Shown piece after piece: positions 29,239 to 40,488 of a stretch of 64,000 nucleotides of DNA. The DNA lies in NCBI GenBank assembly GCA_902562525.1, contig CACETT010000002.1:7564-71563 (forward strand), read 5' to 3'. How positions within the stretch are numbered: position 1 is the stretch's first letter; every line of letters starts with the position of its first letter. The stretch comes from an uncultured Alphaproteobacteria bacterium (GTDB lineage Bacteria > Pseudomonadota > Alphaproteobacteria > UBA7887). The translations under genes were made by a program, and so were the position numbers. The notes below the pieces were generated by a model. The model was not told where the DNA came from. It saw only the letters and a program-made list of their open reading frames with translations, and ran no database searches.

Positions 29239-30456
29239 ATGAAGAACCTTAATACATACAACAGTGGGCCTGAAAAAGATGGCCGATTTGGAATTTTTGG
29301 CGGCCGTTTTGTAGCCGAGACTTTAATGCCTTTAATTTTGGAATTAGATGAGGCTTATCAGGCCGCCAAGGCTGATCCAAGTTTTGACTTGGAAGTGGGG
29401 AGATATCTGAAGCACTATGTGGGCCGCCCCAGTCCCTTGTACTTTGCGGAGCGACTGACGCCGCATCTCGGCGGGGCAAAGGTCTATTTCAAACGAGATG
29501 AGCTCAACCACACGGGTGCTCATAAGATCAACAATTGCATCGGTCAAATTCTTTTGGCCAAAAAAATGGGGAAAACCCGAATAATTGCGGAAACTGGAGC
29601 CGGCCAACACGGAGTAGCAACTGCAACCGTTTGCGCATTATTCGACTTGCCATGCGTTATTTATATGGGTGAGGTCGATATTGAACGACAGCAACCAAAT
29701 GTTTTCCGAATGAAAATGCTAGGGGCTGAGGTCCGCGCGGTGGCTTCAGGCTCTCGTACTTTGAAAGATGCTATGAATGAAGCTTTGCGCGATTGGGTAA
29801 CAAACGTTGAAAACACATATTATCTCATTGGAACGGTGGCTGGTCCTCACCCATATCCGGAGATGGTCAGAGACTTTCAGTCCGTTATAGGAGAAGAGGT
29901 CAAAGGTCAGCTGAAAGATTTGGAGGGTTCAGATAGATTGCCAGATACATTGGTCGCTGCTGTGGGTGGAGGGTCCAATGCCATGGGCCTATTTTACCCG
30001 TTTCTTGATGATATAAACGTTGATCTAATCGGTGTTGAGGCTGGGGGGAAGGGTGTTGCGAGTGGAAAGCATGCGGCCTCTCTGGAAGGTGGGCGTCCAG
30101 GAATCTTGCACGGCAATAGGACTTATTTGTTACAAAATCAAGACGGACAAATTCTGGACGCTCACTCTATCTCTGCTGGCCTCGATTATCCAGGAATTGG
30201 CCCTGAACACGCGTGGCTACATGACAATGGAAGGGCAGAGTACGTTTCTATTACAGATGAAGAGGCCCTTGAAGCGTTCCAATTATGCTCTAGCTTGGAG
30301 GGTATACTGCCGGCATTAGAGCCAGCTCATGCTCTTGCCCAGGTTATAAAAATCGCTCCTAAATTGCCTAGTAGCCATATTATTGTGATGAATATGTGTG
30401 GTCGTGGGGACAAAGATATCTATACCGTGGCGGAAGCATTGGGGGTTAGTATATGA
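29239..30456 (+). CDS. trpB: Tryptophan synthase beta chain
   Basis: [28 protein letters not shown] (PLP lysine), GGGSNAMG. Confidence 0.97.
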   Translation: MKNLNTYNSGPEKDGRFGIFGGRFVAETLMPLILELDEAYQAAKADPSFDLEVGRYLKHYVGRPSPLYFAERLTPHLGGAKVYFKRDELNHTGAHKINNCIGQILLAKKMGKTRIIAETGAGQHGVATATVCALFDLPCVIYMGEVDIERQQPNVFRMKMLGAEVRAVASGSRTLKDAMNEALRDWVTNVENTYYLIGTVAGPHPYPEMVRDFQSVIGEEVKGQLKDLEGSDRLPDTLVAAVGGGSNAMGLFYPFLDDINVDLIGVEAGGKGVASGKHAASLEGGRPGILHGNRTYLLQNQDGQILDAHSISAGLDYPGIGPEHAWLHDNGRAEYVSITDEEALEAFQLCSSLEGILPALEPAHALAQVIKIAPKLPSSHIIVMNMCGRGDKDIYTVAEALGVSI

Positions 30457-31298
30457 GCGACTCTTCGCTACGGGATGATCGCTTGGCGAGCAGGTTTGAT
30501 TTACTTCGGCGTGAGAGCAGGGGGGGCCTGGTAACTTTCATTACAGCGGGTGACCCTGATTTCGCCCGTAGTTGCCGAATCATGAAAGGGTTGCCAGGCG
30601 TTGGTGCTGATTTGATTGAGCTAGGAATGCCCTTTACTGATCCTATGGCTGATGGTCCGTCAATTCAGGCTTCGGCTCTCAGAGCTTTGAAGGGCGGGCA
30701 AACAATGGTGTCGACATTATCAATGGTGGAAGAGTTCCGTACGGAGGATATGGAGACGCCGGTAATATTGATGGGATATTACAACCCAATATATGCATAT
30801 GGAGTGGCGAGGTTTTTGGAAGATGCAAAGGCCTCTGGCGTTGACGGGCTAATCGTCGTTGATTTACCTCCCGAGGAGGACGCGGAGTTATGTATGCCAG
30901 CTCTTGAGGCTGGCGTTCACTTTGTCCGCTTGGTAACCCCTACTACTAATGCCAGCCGGTTGCCAACTGTTCTGAAGAATACTACAGGTTTTCTCTATTA
31001 TGTTTCCATCACAGGTATAACGGGAACTGGGACTGCCAGCAACGACGAGGTCAAGGGCGCCTTGCAGTTTTTGCGTCCCCATACAGATCTTCCTATAGCG
31101 GTAGGTTTTGGTATTAAGACGCCGGAGCAAGCAGCAGACGTCGCGAGATACGCGGATGCGGCGGTTGTTGGATCGGCATTAGTTGAAAAAATCGCGGAAA
31201 GTGAGCGGATTGGAGGAGATTCGGTAGAAGCAGCTCTAATGTTTGTAAAAGACCTTTCTAGCGGTGTCCGAGCGGCTCGCAGTGGAGCTAAGCGATGA
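30453..31298 (+). CDS. trpA: Tryptophan synthase alpha chain
   Basis: [39 protein letters not shown] overlap with trpB. Confidence 0.95.
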   Translation: MSDSSLRDDRLASRFDLLRRESRGGLVTFITAGDPDFARSCRIMKGLPGVGADLIELGMPFTDPMADGPSIQASALRALKGGQTMVSTLSMVEEFRTEDMETPVILMGYYNPIYAYGVARFLEDAKASGVDGLIVVDLPPEEDAELCMPALEAGVHFVRLVTPTTNASRLPTVLKNTTGFLYYVSITGITGTGTASNDEVKGALQFLRPHTDLPIAVGFGIKTPEQAADVARYADAAVVGSALVEKIAESERIGGDSVEAALMFVKDLSSGVRAARSGAKR

Positions 31299-32242
31299 GC
31301 TGGCTAACTAATTTTGTTCGGCCAAAAATCCGTGCTTTGGTCGGTCCGAAGCGTGTTCGCGAGTCCTTATGGGAAAAGTGTCCAGAATGCGATCAGATGA
31401 TATTTCATCGAGAGTTAGATGAGCGGATGAAAGTATGTCCACATTGTGAACATCACATGTTTTTTAATCCCGAAGAGCGATTGTCCCATTTGTTTGATGA
31501 TAGCGAATATGAGACGTTGATTTTACCATCAGCGATCTCAGATCCACTAAAGTTCAAAGATCGAAAGCGCTATGCTGACCGTCTGAAAGATGCTCGCTCG
31601 GGGAATACAGAAAAGGATGCCATTATCGCTGCTTATGGTAAACTTTGCGGTAATCGATGCGTGGTTTGTGTGCTGGATTTTGCTTTTATGGCAGGTTCAA
31701 TGGGAGTGGCGGTCGGCAGTGGGTTCTTAAGTGCAGCAAACGTGGCGGCAGATCGCAGGGCGCCCTTTGTGGTCTTCACAGCTTCTGGTGGTGCTCGTAT
31801 GCAGGAAGGAGCGCTTAGTTTGATGCAGATGCCGCGCACTATTGTTGGTCTGACTGCCGTTAAAGAGGCAGGTCTTCCTTATATTGTCGTGCTAACTAAT
31901 CCTACTACTGGTGGGGTTACGGCATCATTTGCGATGCTGGGCGACATAACACTTGCCGAGCCAGGGGCTTTAGTTGGGTTTGCCGGGCCTCGTGTTATTG
32001 AGGATACTATTCGGGAAAGACTCCCGGACGGATTCCAGAGATCTGAATATTTAGAAGATCATGGAATGGTGGATAGGGTGATACCCAGAACTCGGTTGAG
32101 GCAGGAGCTAGGTGTTTTAATAGATCTTTTCGTAAACAAGGACTTAAATATATCCGAAGGCTCGTTGGCTTCCCGAGAAGAACTTCGGGAGACCCAGGCA
32201 GCCAGCCGGTTGGCAGATGAAGAGAGCTCCATCGGGAACTAG
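31295..32242 (+). CDS. accD: Acetyl-CoA carboxylase carboxyltransferase subunit beta
   Basis: Zinc finger CPECDQ...CPHCEHH, GGSMG-like FMAGSMG, SGGARMQEG. Confidence 0.95.
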   Translation: MSWLTNFVRPKIRALVGPKRVRESLWEKCPECDQMIFHRELDERMKVCPHCEHHMFFNPEERLSHLFDDSEYETLILPSAISDPLKFKDRKRYADRLKDARSGNTEKDAIIAAYGKLCGNRCVVCVLDFAFMAGSMGVAVGSGFLSAANVAADRRAPFVVFTASGGARMQEGALSLMQMPRTIVGLTAVKEAGLPYIVVLTNPTTGGVTASFAMLGDITLAEPGALVGFAGPRVIEDTIRERLPDGFQRSEYLEDHGMVDRVIPRTRLRQELGVLIDLFVNKDLNISEGSLASREELRETQAASRLADEESSIGN

Positions 32243-32265
32243 GCTAGAGTTGGTTAGGGGGCTGC

Positions 32266-33552
32266 GTGCCATCTCATTCGGTTTTGGAGATTTTTGACGA
32301 AACGCTTCCGGTTTCGATAGACTTAAATTTGGCTCGGATGGCTAGGCTTTTGCGGGCATTGGGCTCGCCACAAAGGTATATGCCGCCAGCAGTTCATGTA
32401 GCTGGAACCAATGGCAAAGGGTCCGTGATTTCCTTCCTACGCAGTATGCTAGAAGAGGGGGGGTATAAAGTCCATGTTTACACATCACCGCATTTGGTTC
32501 GTTACAACGAGCGAATCAGGTTGGGCGGCAGGCTGATCGAAGATGAAGAGTTGCAGCGGTTCTTAAAGATTTGCACTCGCGTCAATCAGGGAAGGCCTAT
32601 AACCTTCTTTGAGATTACAACTGCAGCGGCATTTCTTGCGTTTAGCCAAACTCCCGCTGATATATGTTTAATAGAGACGGGTTTAGGCGGTCGTTTAGAT
32701 GCCACTAACTTAATCAAGTGGCCAGAGGTGTCGATTTTAACTCCAATATCCATTGATCATGAATTTTATCTCGGGCAAGGAATTAAGCGAATAGCGAAGG
32801 AAAAAGCGGGCATATTAAAGCGTGGCCGGCCCGCTATTGTGTCTAAACAGAGGCCTGAGAGCTCCAGGGTGCTCGAGAGAGCTGCCAGGAAAATAGGTGC
32901 CCCGCTATGGCGCTATGGGTGTGAATGGCAGGTGAGCCATAGAAAGTTTGGGTCAGTTTTCCAGTCCTTATCTAGTAGAAGACTGCTGCCTCTCCCCGGA
33001 TTGTTGGGGCTCCATCAGCGTGATAATGCTGCCGTAGCGGTAGCGGCGTTAGATCTTTTGGACCGATTCCCGGTTTCCGCTAGTGCGGTACGCCAGGGTA
33101 TTTGCCGAGCAAAATGGCCCGCTAGATTCCAGGTTTTAGGGCCGGGTAGCCTTAAAAAGTTGGTGGGGCAGAGCACGAATATTTGGGTTGATGGGGGCCA
33201 CAACGCGTCCGCAGGGGAGGCCTTGGCAGACGCGATCAGGCTCAATTTTGGAGGCGATCCCGTTCGTATCATTTTAGGAATGCTGCAAACCAAGTCGCCC
33301 GCGGAGTTTATTGCTCCGTTATTACCATGTGTTGAAAAAGTGTATCCTATTACCCTCGATGCAGAGGCAGGCCTGACTGAAGCGGCTTTGGCCACCCAAC
33401 TCAGAGAGGCAGGTGCCCCAGTGCTATGCAGCGGTTCATTAGAGGCGGCCGTCCAACATGCAGGTGCTGAGGGGGTAAAGAATATCGTGGTATGTGGATC
33501 TCTTTACCTGGCCGGCCAAGTTTTATCAATGAACGGTGAGCTTATAGGCTGA
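32266..33552 (+). CDS. folC: Bifunctional folylpolyglutamate synthase / dihydrofolate synthase
   Basis: HVAGTNGKGSV P-loop, ETGLGGRLDATN, accD-folC synteny. GTG start. Confidence 0.9.
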   Translation: MPSHSVLEIFDETLPVSIDLNLARMARLLRALGSPQRYMPPAVHVAGTNGKGSVISFLRSMLEEGGYKVHVYTSPHLVRYNERIRLGGRLIEDEELQRFLKICTRVNQGRPITFFEITTAAAFLAFSQTPADICLIETGLGGRLDATNLIKWPEVSILTPISIDHEFYLGQGIKRIAKEKAGILKRGRPAIVSKQRPESSRVLERAARKIGAPLWRYGCEWQVSHRKFGSVFQSLSSRRLLPLPGLLGLHQRDNAAVAVAALDLLDRFPVSASAVRQGICRAKWPARFQVLGPGSLKKLVGQSTNIWVDGGHNASAGEALADAIRLNFGGDPVRIILGMLQTKSPAEFIAPLLPCVEKVYPITLDAEAGLTEAALATQLREAGAPVLCSGSLEAAVQHAGAEGVKNIVVCGSLYLAGQVLSMNGELIG

Positions 33553-33675
33553 CGCAAACCGTATGTCCAACTTGGGTCCTGGATCTAAGCTGACCATTCA
33601 ACCTACGTTTATTCACGGTGTCGACCGCTTTGCCGGCCTGTATTTCCGGTTGTGGGTTGGTTTGCAGGAAGCGAC

Positions 33676-33996
33676 TTACAGGGACGTGCTTATCCACTCT
33701 GATAGTTGTCGTTTAGGTGCAGCGCCAACTTTTGTGGCGGCAATCTCGCCATCTTTAAAAAGGATTAGGGTAGGGATCCCTCTCACTCCATACTTCGCCG
33801 GTGTTTCAGGATTCTCGTCTATGTTAACCTTTACTACGGTGAGGCTGTCTTTGTATTCATTTGCTAGTTCCTCGAGCGCTGGGGCAATTTGTACGCATGG
33901 TCCACACCATTCAGCCCAAAAGTCTACGAGAACGGGTTTCTCCGACTTAATGACATCGGCCTCAAATGATGAGTCAGTAACTTTATTAGAGGTCAT
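33676..33996 (-). CDS. trxA: Thioredoxin
   Basis: [13 protein letters not shown] active site, [14 protein letters not shown]. 106 aa. Confidence 0.95.
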   Translation of the reverse strand: MTSNKVTDSSFEADVIKSEKPVLVDFWAEWCGPCVQIAPALEELANEYKDSLTVVKVNIDENPETPAKYGVRGIPTLILFKDGEIAATKVGAAPKRQLSEWISTSL

Positions 33997-34074
33997 TCCC
34001 TATCCTTTCATCGCATTATATGCCCTATGGGGCGAAACCCAGTCGCCGAAACTTAAGGTTGTCAAAGCCTACGG

Positions 34075-37000
34075 TCAAGATAGGCATTTTTTGAGCATAT
34101 CCTCGGAGAGGTGCTGAAGTTTTTGTTCGTCCACCCATAGGATTGCTGAGGTTATATCTTTTTGTGGGAAAACCAATTTGGCCAAAGATGCCCTTACAGC
34201 AATCTTCCGTAAAAAAGTGTTCGGAGACGAAGGGCTGTTTGCCGAAGAGTTGTTTCCCACTAGAAAATTCACTAGCAGTAATGTATCGCCTGAGTCTACA
34301 AGTCTATCAATGGTCTCATGGAATAACGAAGTTCGCTCGCGATATTTTATCGGACCAGAGATGGGGAGGCATCCTCGCGTATTATCTTGAAATAGGAAGG
34401 AGAGGTCCTCTATTCCCAGAATCTTGAGCGCCCAGCCCTTGACAATATTAAGTAAGTTTGTCCCGTATTTGTGGGAGAGGCGAGATATAAATTTATTGGC
34501 GGCCTGTTCTCTTTCAGACTCAGCAATGTGAAAAAGGGAGTTGACTAACTGCGCGATTAGTTCCTCAGTGGGGCACTCAGTGCCCAGAAATGAGCGTGAT
34601 GTTCGAAGTATGGGGGTATCCTGGTATATGAATTGCTGGCCGTGCCTCTTTAAGCTTGAGTTAATCCAGGGGGGGAGAGGGGTGGTCTCTGGGAACGAAG
34701 GCTGAGGACGCGATAAATTCTTTTTCGCGGACTTAAAATTAACAAGGCGCAAAATGTTGGAAATTCTATTTTCTACTTCGCTTGTTGGGATCCTTTCACC
34801 AGTTTCTTTCCCGACTTTTTTCAAAGTTTGACCAACGGTGCTGTGCCAGCAATCTGGGGCTACATTGGAGGTTTCACTCCAACCACATATATAGAGTTGA
34901 TCCTTGGCTCTCGTCATGGCCACGTATAGAAGCCGGTTATATTCTTCTGCCTCTCGCCTTTTTCTCTCCAGAACCCACTCTCTAGTCATTGGGTCGTGGA
35001 GAGTGGCATTTGGAACCCAGACAGGTAAGGGTGCTTCGTGGGGCCAGAAAATAGGATTGTTGGCCCGGCTCTTCTGGACTGTGTCAGGAAGAAACACGAT
35101 GGGTGATTCTAATCCCTTCGCACCATGCACCGTAAGTATTTTAACGGCATTGTTGCTGTTTTGGGTAGGCTCTCGTGTGCTGGTGATGTCACTGTTCTCA
35201 AACCAATGGATAAACCCTTCAAGAGAGGAGCTATTGTTAGCCTCATATTCAATGCTTTTATTGAGGAACTCATTCATCGGGTCGATACATTCGACTCCAA
35301 TTCGAGATGTAAAGTATTTTTTATAATCCCTTGTTAAAAGTATATCTGCATATAGTTCGGAGGGTGTAAAATATTGTGCTTTCTCTAGCAAGTCTTCCAG
35401 TAGAAATCCAGCTTCCTGAAACGGTGAATTGGAGACAACTGAATTACGGAGTGAATCCCATATTGAACCATCTCTATTATGGGCTAGGTCAAATAGGTCT
35501 TTATCATCTAAATTGCATAGAGGGCTTTTGAGAACTTCGGCGAGGCTAAGGTCATCATTAGGATTAAGCAAGAAGTGTCCCAGAGAGATAAGGTCCATTA
35601 CCGCAATATTGTCGGTTAGAGCCATTCGATCGATTCCGGCTACCGGTATCTTCAAGTTCTTAAGTGCTTTCAGTAAATCGAAGACGAACGGCCCACGACG
35701 TCTCACTAAAACCATGATATCTTCAGGCTGAAAATTATCGGATTGGCTGCAGTTGCCAGTCAACAAGATCGCATTTATTTTGTTGGCAACGAGTTGGGCA
35801 AGGGTTGTTCGTGAGGAGCGTTCCGCAGACACGTGAGTAGGAAGAGGCCTTGTAGTTGGCTTCAATTCCTTGATAGGTCTTATTATAGGCCAGAGCTCAA
35901 CTAAGCCAGGAGCTTGGTCTCGCCAGCAAAAATGCTTGAGAGGAAGGGGCTTTTCATTAGAAGACTCACCCGGTGTAGCGAAGGCCTGTTCGAAGATAAG
36001 ATCGACGGATTCTAATATTGGAGAGGTGGATCTAAATGAGACCTGTAGGTCAATATCGGCCCAGGGAGCTGACGCGTTCTTCGCGCGACCCCTAAAATAA
36101 TCCCGCATCTTGTTGAAGGACTCGGGGTTTGCACGTTGGAAGCTATAGATGGATTGTTTATAATCCCCAACGGCAAATATTGTTCGAGGGTGCTGCTCAG
36201 CGCCCTCTCCCACAAAAAATTCGGATGTCAGGGCTCGGATAATCTCCCACTGGTCGATGCTGGTATCCTGAGCTTCATCTATCAAAAGGTGATCAATGCT
36301 CCTATCAACTTTGTAGAGTACCCATGATGACATGTCTGCTGTTGTTAATACGACGCGAGATTTAATGATTAAGTCATCGTAGTCCAAGCAATTTTGTTTA
36401 GCTTTTTCTTGACTAAACTGTTGCAGGATTTTTTTTGTTAAATTTAGCAAGGCTGAGGTGGATCGGACGATTTTGGCCCGTTTGATTTTGTTGGTGAATG
36501 CTAGAATGCGAGATTGCTCGATCCTGAGAGCTTGCAAGACATCCGGTCTTTTAGCAAGGGTACGCGCTGACACCAAATGCTTTATCGGCAATTGGTCACG
36601 TGTTAGAAAGGCGGTACAATATTCTTCGAATAGTTCTCTTCGCGCATGTGGTGATGCAGAGATCCATTCATTAATTATCTGTGCTCGCTTTTGGTCTGTT
36701 TTGGAACCGGCTTGCAGGGAGCGCGACGAAGAGCGCCAATCTTCTTCATCAATGGAGGTGTTGGCGCATGCGGCGTCGACCAGCAAGTCAGGAGAGGCTT
36801 CACTTGATAGGTTAAGCATATCCGCAATGACGCATGATATTTTAATTGCATCATTTCCCCTAAGAAATTTTTCTAACCGCCATCTATCGGAGATTAATAG
36901 ATCAAGGAGACCAGAAAAATTATCGCTGCTAACATATTGGCTAATGCAGGATATATCCTTTCTGGATTTATTGCTCTCTGGACCTTGGAGTTGCTGCAAT

Positions 37001-37491
37001 ATAGTGTTGCTGGCTGTCCGCAGGAGAACTTTGGCGCTCTGCTCATCTAGTATGGTAAAATTACTATCGACACCTGCTTCTTGAGGAAACCTTCTTAACA
37101 ACATCTCACAGAAAGAGTGGATAGTATGAAATTTTGGCTGAAAGTCAGTGTTAATTGTGCGTTCATAGAGACTCTGGGCAGCTCCTAATAGATGTGGAGT
37201 GGCAGCTCTTGCAGTAAGGGATTCAAGGTCTCTCCGGAGCACTTTCTCAGGCATGGTTGACCATGAAAGAAGGCGTTGCATTAAGCGTTCCTCCATCTCT
37301 GCGGCCGCGGAGCGGGTAAATGTAAGGCACAGGATATTAGGTGCCTGATTGCCGTGAATTAATAGACGGAGAATCCGATCTACAAGGACTTTGGTTTTTC
37401 CAGTACCGGCAGAAGCTTCAACCCACGCAGATGTTGTTGGATCAGCTGCTTTTTGCTGTAATGAATTAATTTTTGGAAATTTCGGTGTCAT
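34075..37491 (-). CDS. addA: Double-strand break repair helicase AddA (alphaproteobacterial type), helicase motifs intact, C-terminal nuclease motifs substituted
   Basis: Walker A ASAGTGKTKVL, LIDEAQDTS, VGDYKQSIYSFQRA, VHGAKGLESPIVFL, YVAMTRAKDQLYI. I prefer ATG 37491, which forms an ATGA overlap with the addB stop. The C-terminus reads ..TIDRLV..LLLVNFLVG.. instead of the ..DYKT.. motif. Confidence 0.85.
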   Translation of the reverse strand: MTPKFPKINSLQQKAADPTTSAWVEASAGTGKTKVLVDRILRLLIHGNQAPNILCLTFTRSAAAEMEERLMQRLLSWSTMPEKVLRRDLESLTARAATPHLLGAAQSLYERTINTDFQPKFHTIHSFCEMLLRRFPQEAGVDSNFTILDEQSAKVLLRTASNTILQQLQGPESNKSRKDISCISQYVSSDNFSGLLDLLISDRWRLEKFLRGNDAIKISCVIADMLNLSSEASPDLLVDAACANTSIDEEDWRSSSRSLQAGSKTDQKRAQIINEWISASPHARRELFEEYCTAFLTRDQLPIKHLVSARTLAKRPDVLQALRIEQSRILAFTNKIKRAKIVRSTSALLNLTKKILQQFSQEKAKQNCLDYDDLIIKSRVVLTTADMSSWVLYKVDRSIDHLLIDEAQDTSIDQWEIIRALTSEFFVGEGAEQHPRTIFAVGDYKQSIYSFQRANPESFNKMRDYFRGRAKNASAPWADIDLQVSFRSTSPILESVDLIFEQAFATPGESSNEKPLPLKHFCWRDQAPGLVELWPIIRPIKELKPTTRPLPTHVSAERSSRTTLAQLVANKINAILLTGNCSQSDNFQPEDIMVLVRRRGPFVFDLLKALKNLKIPVAGIDRMALTDNIAVMDLISLGHFLLNPNDDLSLAEVLKSPLCNLDDKDLFDLAHNRDGSIWDSLRNSVVSNSPFQEAGFLLEDLLEKAQYFTPSELYADILLTRDYKKYFTSRIGVECIDPMNEFLNKSIEYEANNSSSLEGFIHWFENSDITSTREPTQNSNNAVKILTVHGAKGLESPIVFLPDTVQKSRANNPIFWPHEAPLPVWVPNATLHDPMTREWVLERKRREAEEYNRLLYVAMTRAKDQLYICGWSETSNVAPDCWHSTVGQTLKKVGKETGERIPTSEVENRISNILRLVNFKSAKKNLSRPQPSFPETTPLPPWINSSLKRHGQQFIYQDTPILRTSRSFLGTECPTEELIAQLVNSLFHIAESEREQAANKFISRLSHKYGTNLLNIVKGWALKILGIEDLSFLFQDNTRGCLPISGPIKYRERTSLFHETIDRLVDSGDTLLLVNFLVGNNSSANSPSSPNTFLRKIAVRASLAKLVFPQKDITSAILWVDEQKLQHLSEDMLKKCLS

Positions 37492-40478
37492 TCTTCCGTG
37501 CGCTGTTTTTGGGTAAGTGCTAACCATTCCTTCATTCGGGAAAGATGTTCAAATTCGTTGTGTTGAGGCGCAAAATCACTGTGGGGTACGAAGTAATAAG
37601 GCGTTTTTTCATTGTCAAAGGATCTGATCAATTCGGTCACTCTGGATAAAAGTTCTGCGGCCTTTGTCGAAATACCATTTTGGATTATCAGGTGATTTCC
37701 AGCGATCGATGCTCCACTCAATTGAACTGAAATAATCGTATTGATTGTTTTCGTGTCAATTTGCTTGAATCCATTATCTAAAGCAATCAAGGCCTCTAGC
37801 AAAAGCTGAGGCTTGCGCCCATTTAGTATCATGGGGGTAGTTGGTAATGTGCCAGTTTTGTAGTCGATTATGTCCACTTTTCCATCGCAACGCATGTTTA
37901 TACGGTCTGCTCTTGTAGTTAAGGTAAAAGGGCCAGATGCTAAATCTATGGTAGTGGCCCCACTTATTTCTACATAGGCGGCGGTGATATGGCTTCGGGT
38001 TTTTTCTTCTTGGTCTATAAAATATCGTGCCAATCTCTCGAAGCGCGGCCACCAGAATGCATAGGCTTCCGGCTGTACACGCACTTGCCTAAAAGATTCT
38101 TGGCCGAATTCAAGTAATTTTTGATGGGGATTTGGTGGCATATCTGTCGGGTAGTTGCGTACAAATCTTTCCAGGGCCTCGTGGACCATACGGCCATAAT
38201 CAGATGGACTTACTTTCGCATCGACAGGCCGCAGTGGTGTAATCTTAAGAATTGTAGATACAAAAATTCCATACGGATCCTGCATCCAACGTTCGATTTG
38301 GGTTGCAGATAAGGTTCGTGGGCGTGCCGAGATGGGGGGTGTTGGCGCAGGGCGGCAGCTTTGTGGAACACTGAGAATTTTTTGTTCTAAATTTTGGCCC
38401 AAGTCATTCCAGTACCGGCTCTGGTCTATAGCTTGTTGCAACCCCGCCCTTTTTGCGGCGTTCTCGAGATGTGCAAAGTGATATGCTGGAGTTGTTTGAA
38501 CTCCGTTAATCATTCGACTGCGAGTCAGAACCACTTCGGAGGCTGCTGATGCCTGGCAGATGTGGAGACTACCAAGCGCCTTTAACTGTTCTTTGCCACG
38601 CAGGCCAAGGAGTTCTCGCATTTGCGGGCTGAGCCACCGCTCGCTCTGAGAAATCGAAGGCCAAGTTGTTTCGTTCATTCCTGCTAAAATGTGCAGGGAG
38701 GAAGAGCTGAACAGTGTCCGTTCTGGATCACAAGTGTAGATACAAGCAGTATCCAAATCTTGAGCCTCATTCGGGAAATTCTCGAGGAGAATCCTAAAGA
38801 TATCCGAGTATTCGGCTCCGTCTAGAGTAAAAGATTCTTTTAAGGCGGAACATAGAACATTTAGATGTTGGGAAAGACGTTTATCTTCATCGGATGCCCA
38901 GAGCCTCGTGGGAGACTCTTTTCCTGTCTGGCAAAGCCATATTGAAAAATCGAGATGGGCTGCCAAGAGACTCTTAAGCGATACCTTTGTACTTTTAACC
39001 AACTTAGAGAAATGAAGGGAGGCTCTTTCAAGCCTTTGGAGCCAAGCTATTAATTGGCGATCGTCGGCATTATTTTTCAGGGAAGCTATTATCCCAGAAA
39101 ACCCAGGTTCTGGTCTGATGCCCCTTAAGCACTTCAGTTCTAGCTCGTTACGCAAATTGTTAAAAAGGGTTGGAGAAGTATGGCCGCCACACATTGGATG
39201 TTTAAAGGCTGATAATAAAGACACTGGAGATATAACGGAGCATATCATTTCCGCAACTAACTGAAGGAAGGAGCCGGCGCCCGATGGGTCAGGGCTATGA
39301 GAGGTGTAGTTGCAAAGATCAAGGTTCCATTTTCGAAGTTGCAGTGCAACTTGTTTTACGAGCTTCTGGTCTTCCGCAAAGACGCTCACGCTTCCCTGGT
39401 TGCTGGTGAGAAACTTTTTAATAATAAGGGAGATTGTTTGAGCCTCACTGTAGATATTTTGCGCGGTGATCATGGTCAGGTTGCTTAATATTCTTTGGCC
39501 CGATTTAGCCCCATCCTGGCCCGCTCCCTGGCTAAAGGCAGAGGGAATAAAGTTAAAAGGGCGTATGGGTGGAGGAATGGAATTTGAGCAGCCAAACTGG
39601 CTGAACCACTCTGGTAGTAGATTGTTTTCAACCTTCAGGCTAACCAGAAGTTTTTTTATTGTGTATTGTGGATGATCTTCTGGGAGAGTTTCCCAGGTCT
39701 TTTCGTCCAGGCCACGATCCACACTGGGTATCACTAAGTGTCCTGTCGGCAGTGAAACAATAAATGATAAGAGATGAGCAATGTGAGGAAGATTTCCCGT
39801 GAACCCTGCAGCTATGATATCGTTTTTAGGTGGTTCTTTCTCCCAGTACTTGATTAATGATTTTGTAATGAGTTGATCATACAGGATCGGGTCTTGCCAA
39901 GTTTGTTCACTTAAAATGCTAGGCCATTGCGTTATTACAATTTTAAGGAATTTATTGACGGACTCCCAGTGTAAGGCATTATCAGATGCAGGAGACTGCT
40001 CCAAGGACAGGTAGTTGATTTTGAAGGCCTGTAACTCGTCCAAGAGAGTGCCTAGGGTAGGTGCAATTTTTAGGCAGCGATGCAAAGACTGAGGATTATT
40101 TTGATCATGCCCTTTTCGCCATTGGAAAATCAGCCTTCCTAGGAGGAGATTTCGGGACACTGAGGGTATAGGGGGCGTGTTTGGCAAAAGGTTAGAAGGA
40201 AGAATCCAGTCCAGGTCCCCTTTCCGGTGAGACCTTCTAAACGTTAGACTTTCAGATACAGTATACGTGCGGGGAAGAAGTAAAGCCCTGGGTTTGGCAA
40301 TTGTGGTTAGTATTTTGAGTAAATTGTGGCGAGCTTCCTCAGAGGGCAATATTATTACTGTATTTCCTAAATCAATTGTTTCAGCTTTTTCCAGCTTGGC
40401 TAACAGGCCGCGTGCCAGGTTTTCGAGAAACGGCGTTCCGAGCGCTATGGCACTGATTTTTGCAAAGGCTTCGCTCAT
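37488..40478 (-). CDS. addB: Double-strand break repair protein AddB (alphaproteobacterial type)
   Basis: 996 aa immediately upstream of addA. Its C-terminal RecB-family nuclease motifs are intact: RADRINMRCDGKVDIIDYKTG ... KPQLLLEAL. Confidence 0.8.
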   Translation of the reverse strand: MSEAFAKISAIALGTPFLENLARGLLAKLEKAETIDLGNTVIILPSEEARHNLLKILTTIAKPRALLLPRTYTVSESLTFRRSHRKGDLDWILPSNLLPNTPPIPSVSRNLLLGRLIFQWRKGHDQNNPQSLHRCLKIAPTLGTLLDELQAFKINYLSLEQSPASDNALHWESVNKFLKIVITQWPSILSEQTWQDPILYDQLITKSLIKYWEKEPPKNDIIAAGFTGNLPHIAHLLSFIVSLPTGHLVIPSVDRGLDEKTWETLPEDHPQYTIKKLLVSLKVENNLLPEWFSQFGCSNSIPPPIRPFNFIPSAFSQGAGQDGAKSGQRILSNLTMITAQNIYSEAQTISLIIKKFLTSNQGSVSVFAEDQKLVKQVALQLRKWNLDLCNYTSHSPDPSGAGSFLQLVAEMICSVISPVSLLSAFKHPMCGGHTSPTLFNNLRNELELKCLRGIRPEPGFSGIIASLKNNADDRQLIAWLQRLERASLHFSKLVKSTKVSLKSLLAAHLDFSIWLCQTGKESPTRLWASDEDKRLSQHLNVLCSALKESFTLDGAEYSDIFRILLENFPNEAQDLDTACIYTCDPERTLFSSSSLHILAGMNETTWPSISQSERWLSPQMRELLGLRGKEQLKALGSLHICQASAASEVVLTRSRMINGVQTTPAYHFAHLENAAKRAGLQQAIDQSRYWNDLGQNLEQKILSVPQSCRPAPTPPISARPRTLSATQIERWMQDPYGIFVSTILKITPLRPVDAKVSPSDYGRMVHEALERFVRNYPTDMPPNPHQKLLEFGQESFRQVRVQPEAYAFWWPRFERLARYFIDQEEKTRSHITAAYVEISGATTIDLASGPFTLTTRADRINMRCDGKVDIIDYKTGTLPTTPMILNGRKPQLLLEALIALDNGFKQIDTKTINTIISVQLSGASIAGNHLIIQNGISTKAAELLSRVTELIRSFDNEKTPYYFVPHSDFAPQHNEFEHLSRMKEWLALTQKQRTEE

Positions 40479-40488
40479 ATTTGGCGAT

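Noticed and set aside
33563-34117. 184-aa plus-strand ORF
   Set aside because: It is antisense to the unambiguous trxA and has no motifs.
36458-37084. 208-aa plus-strand ORF
   Set aside because: It is antisense within addA. Its Ser/Arg/Leu-rich composition is typical of a shadow ORF.
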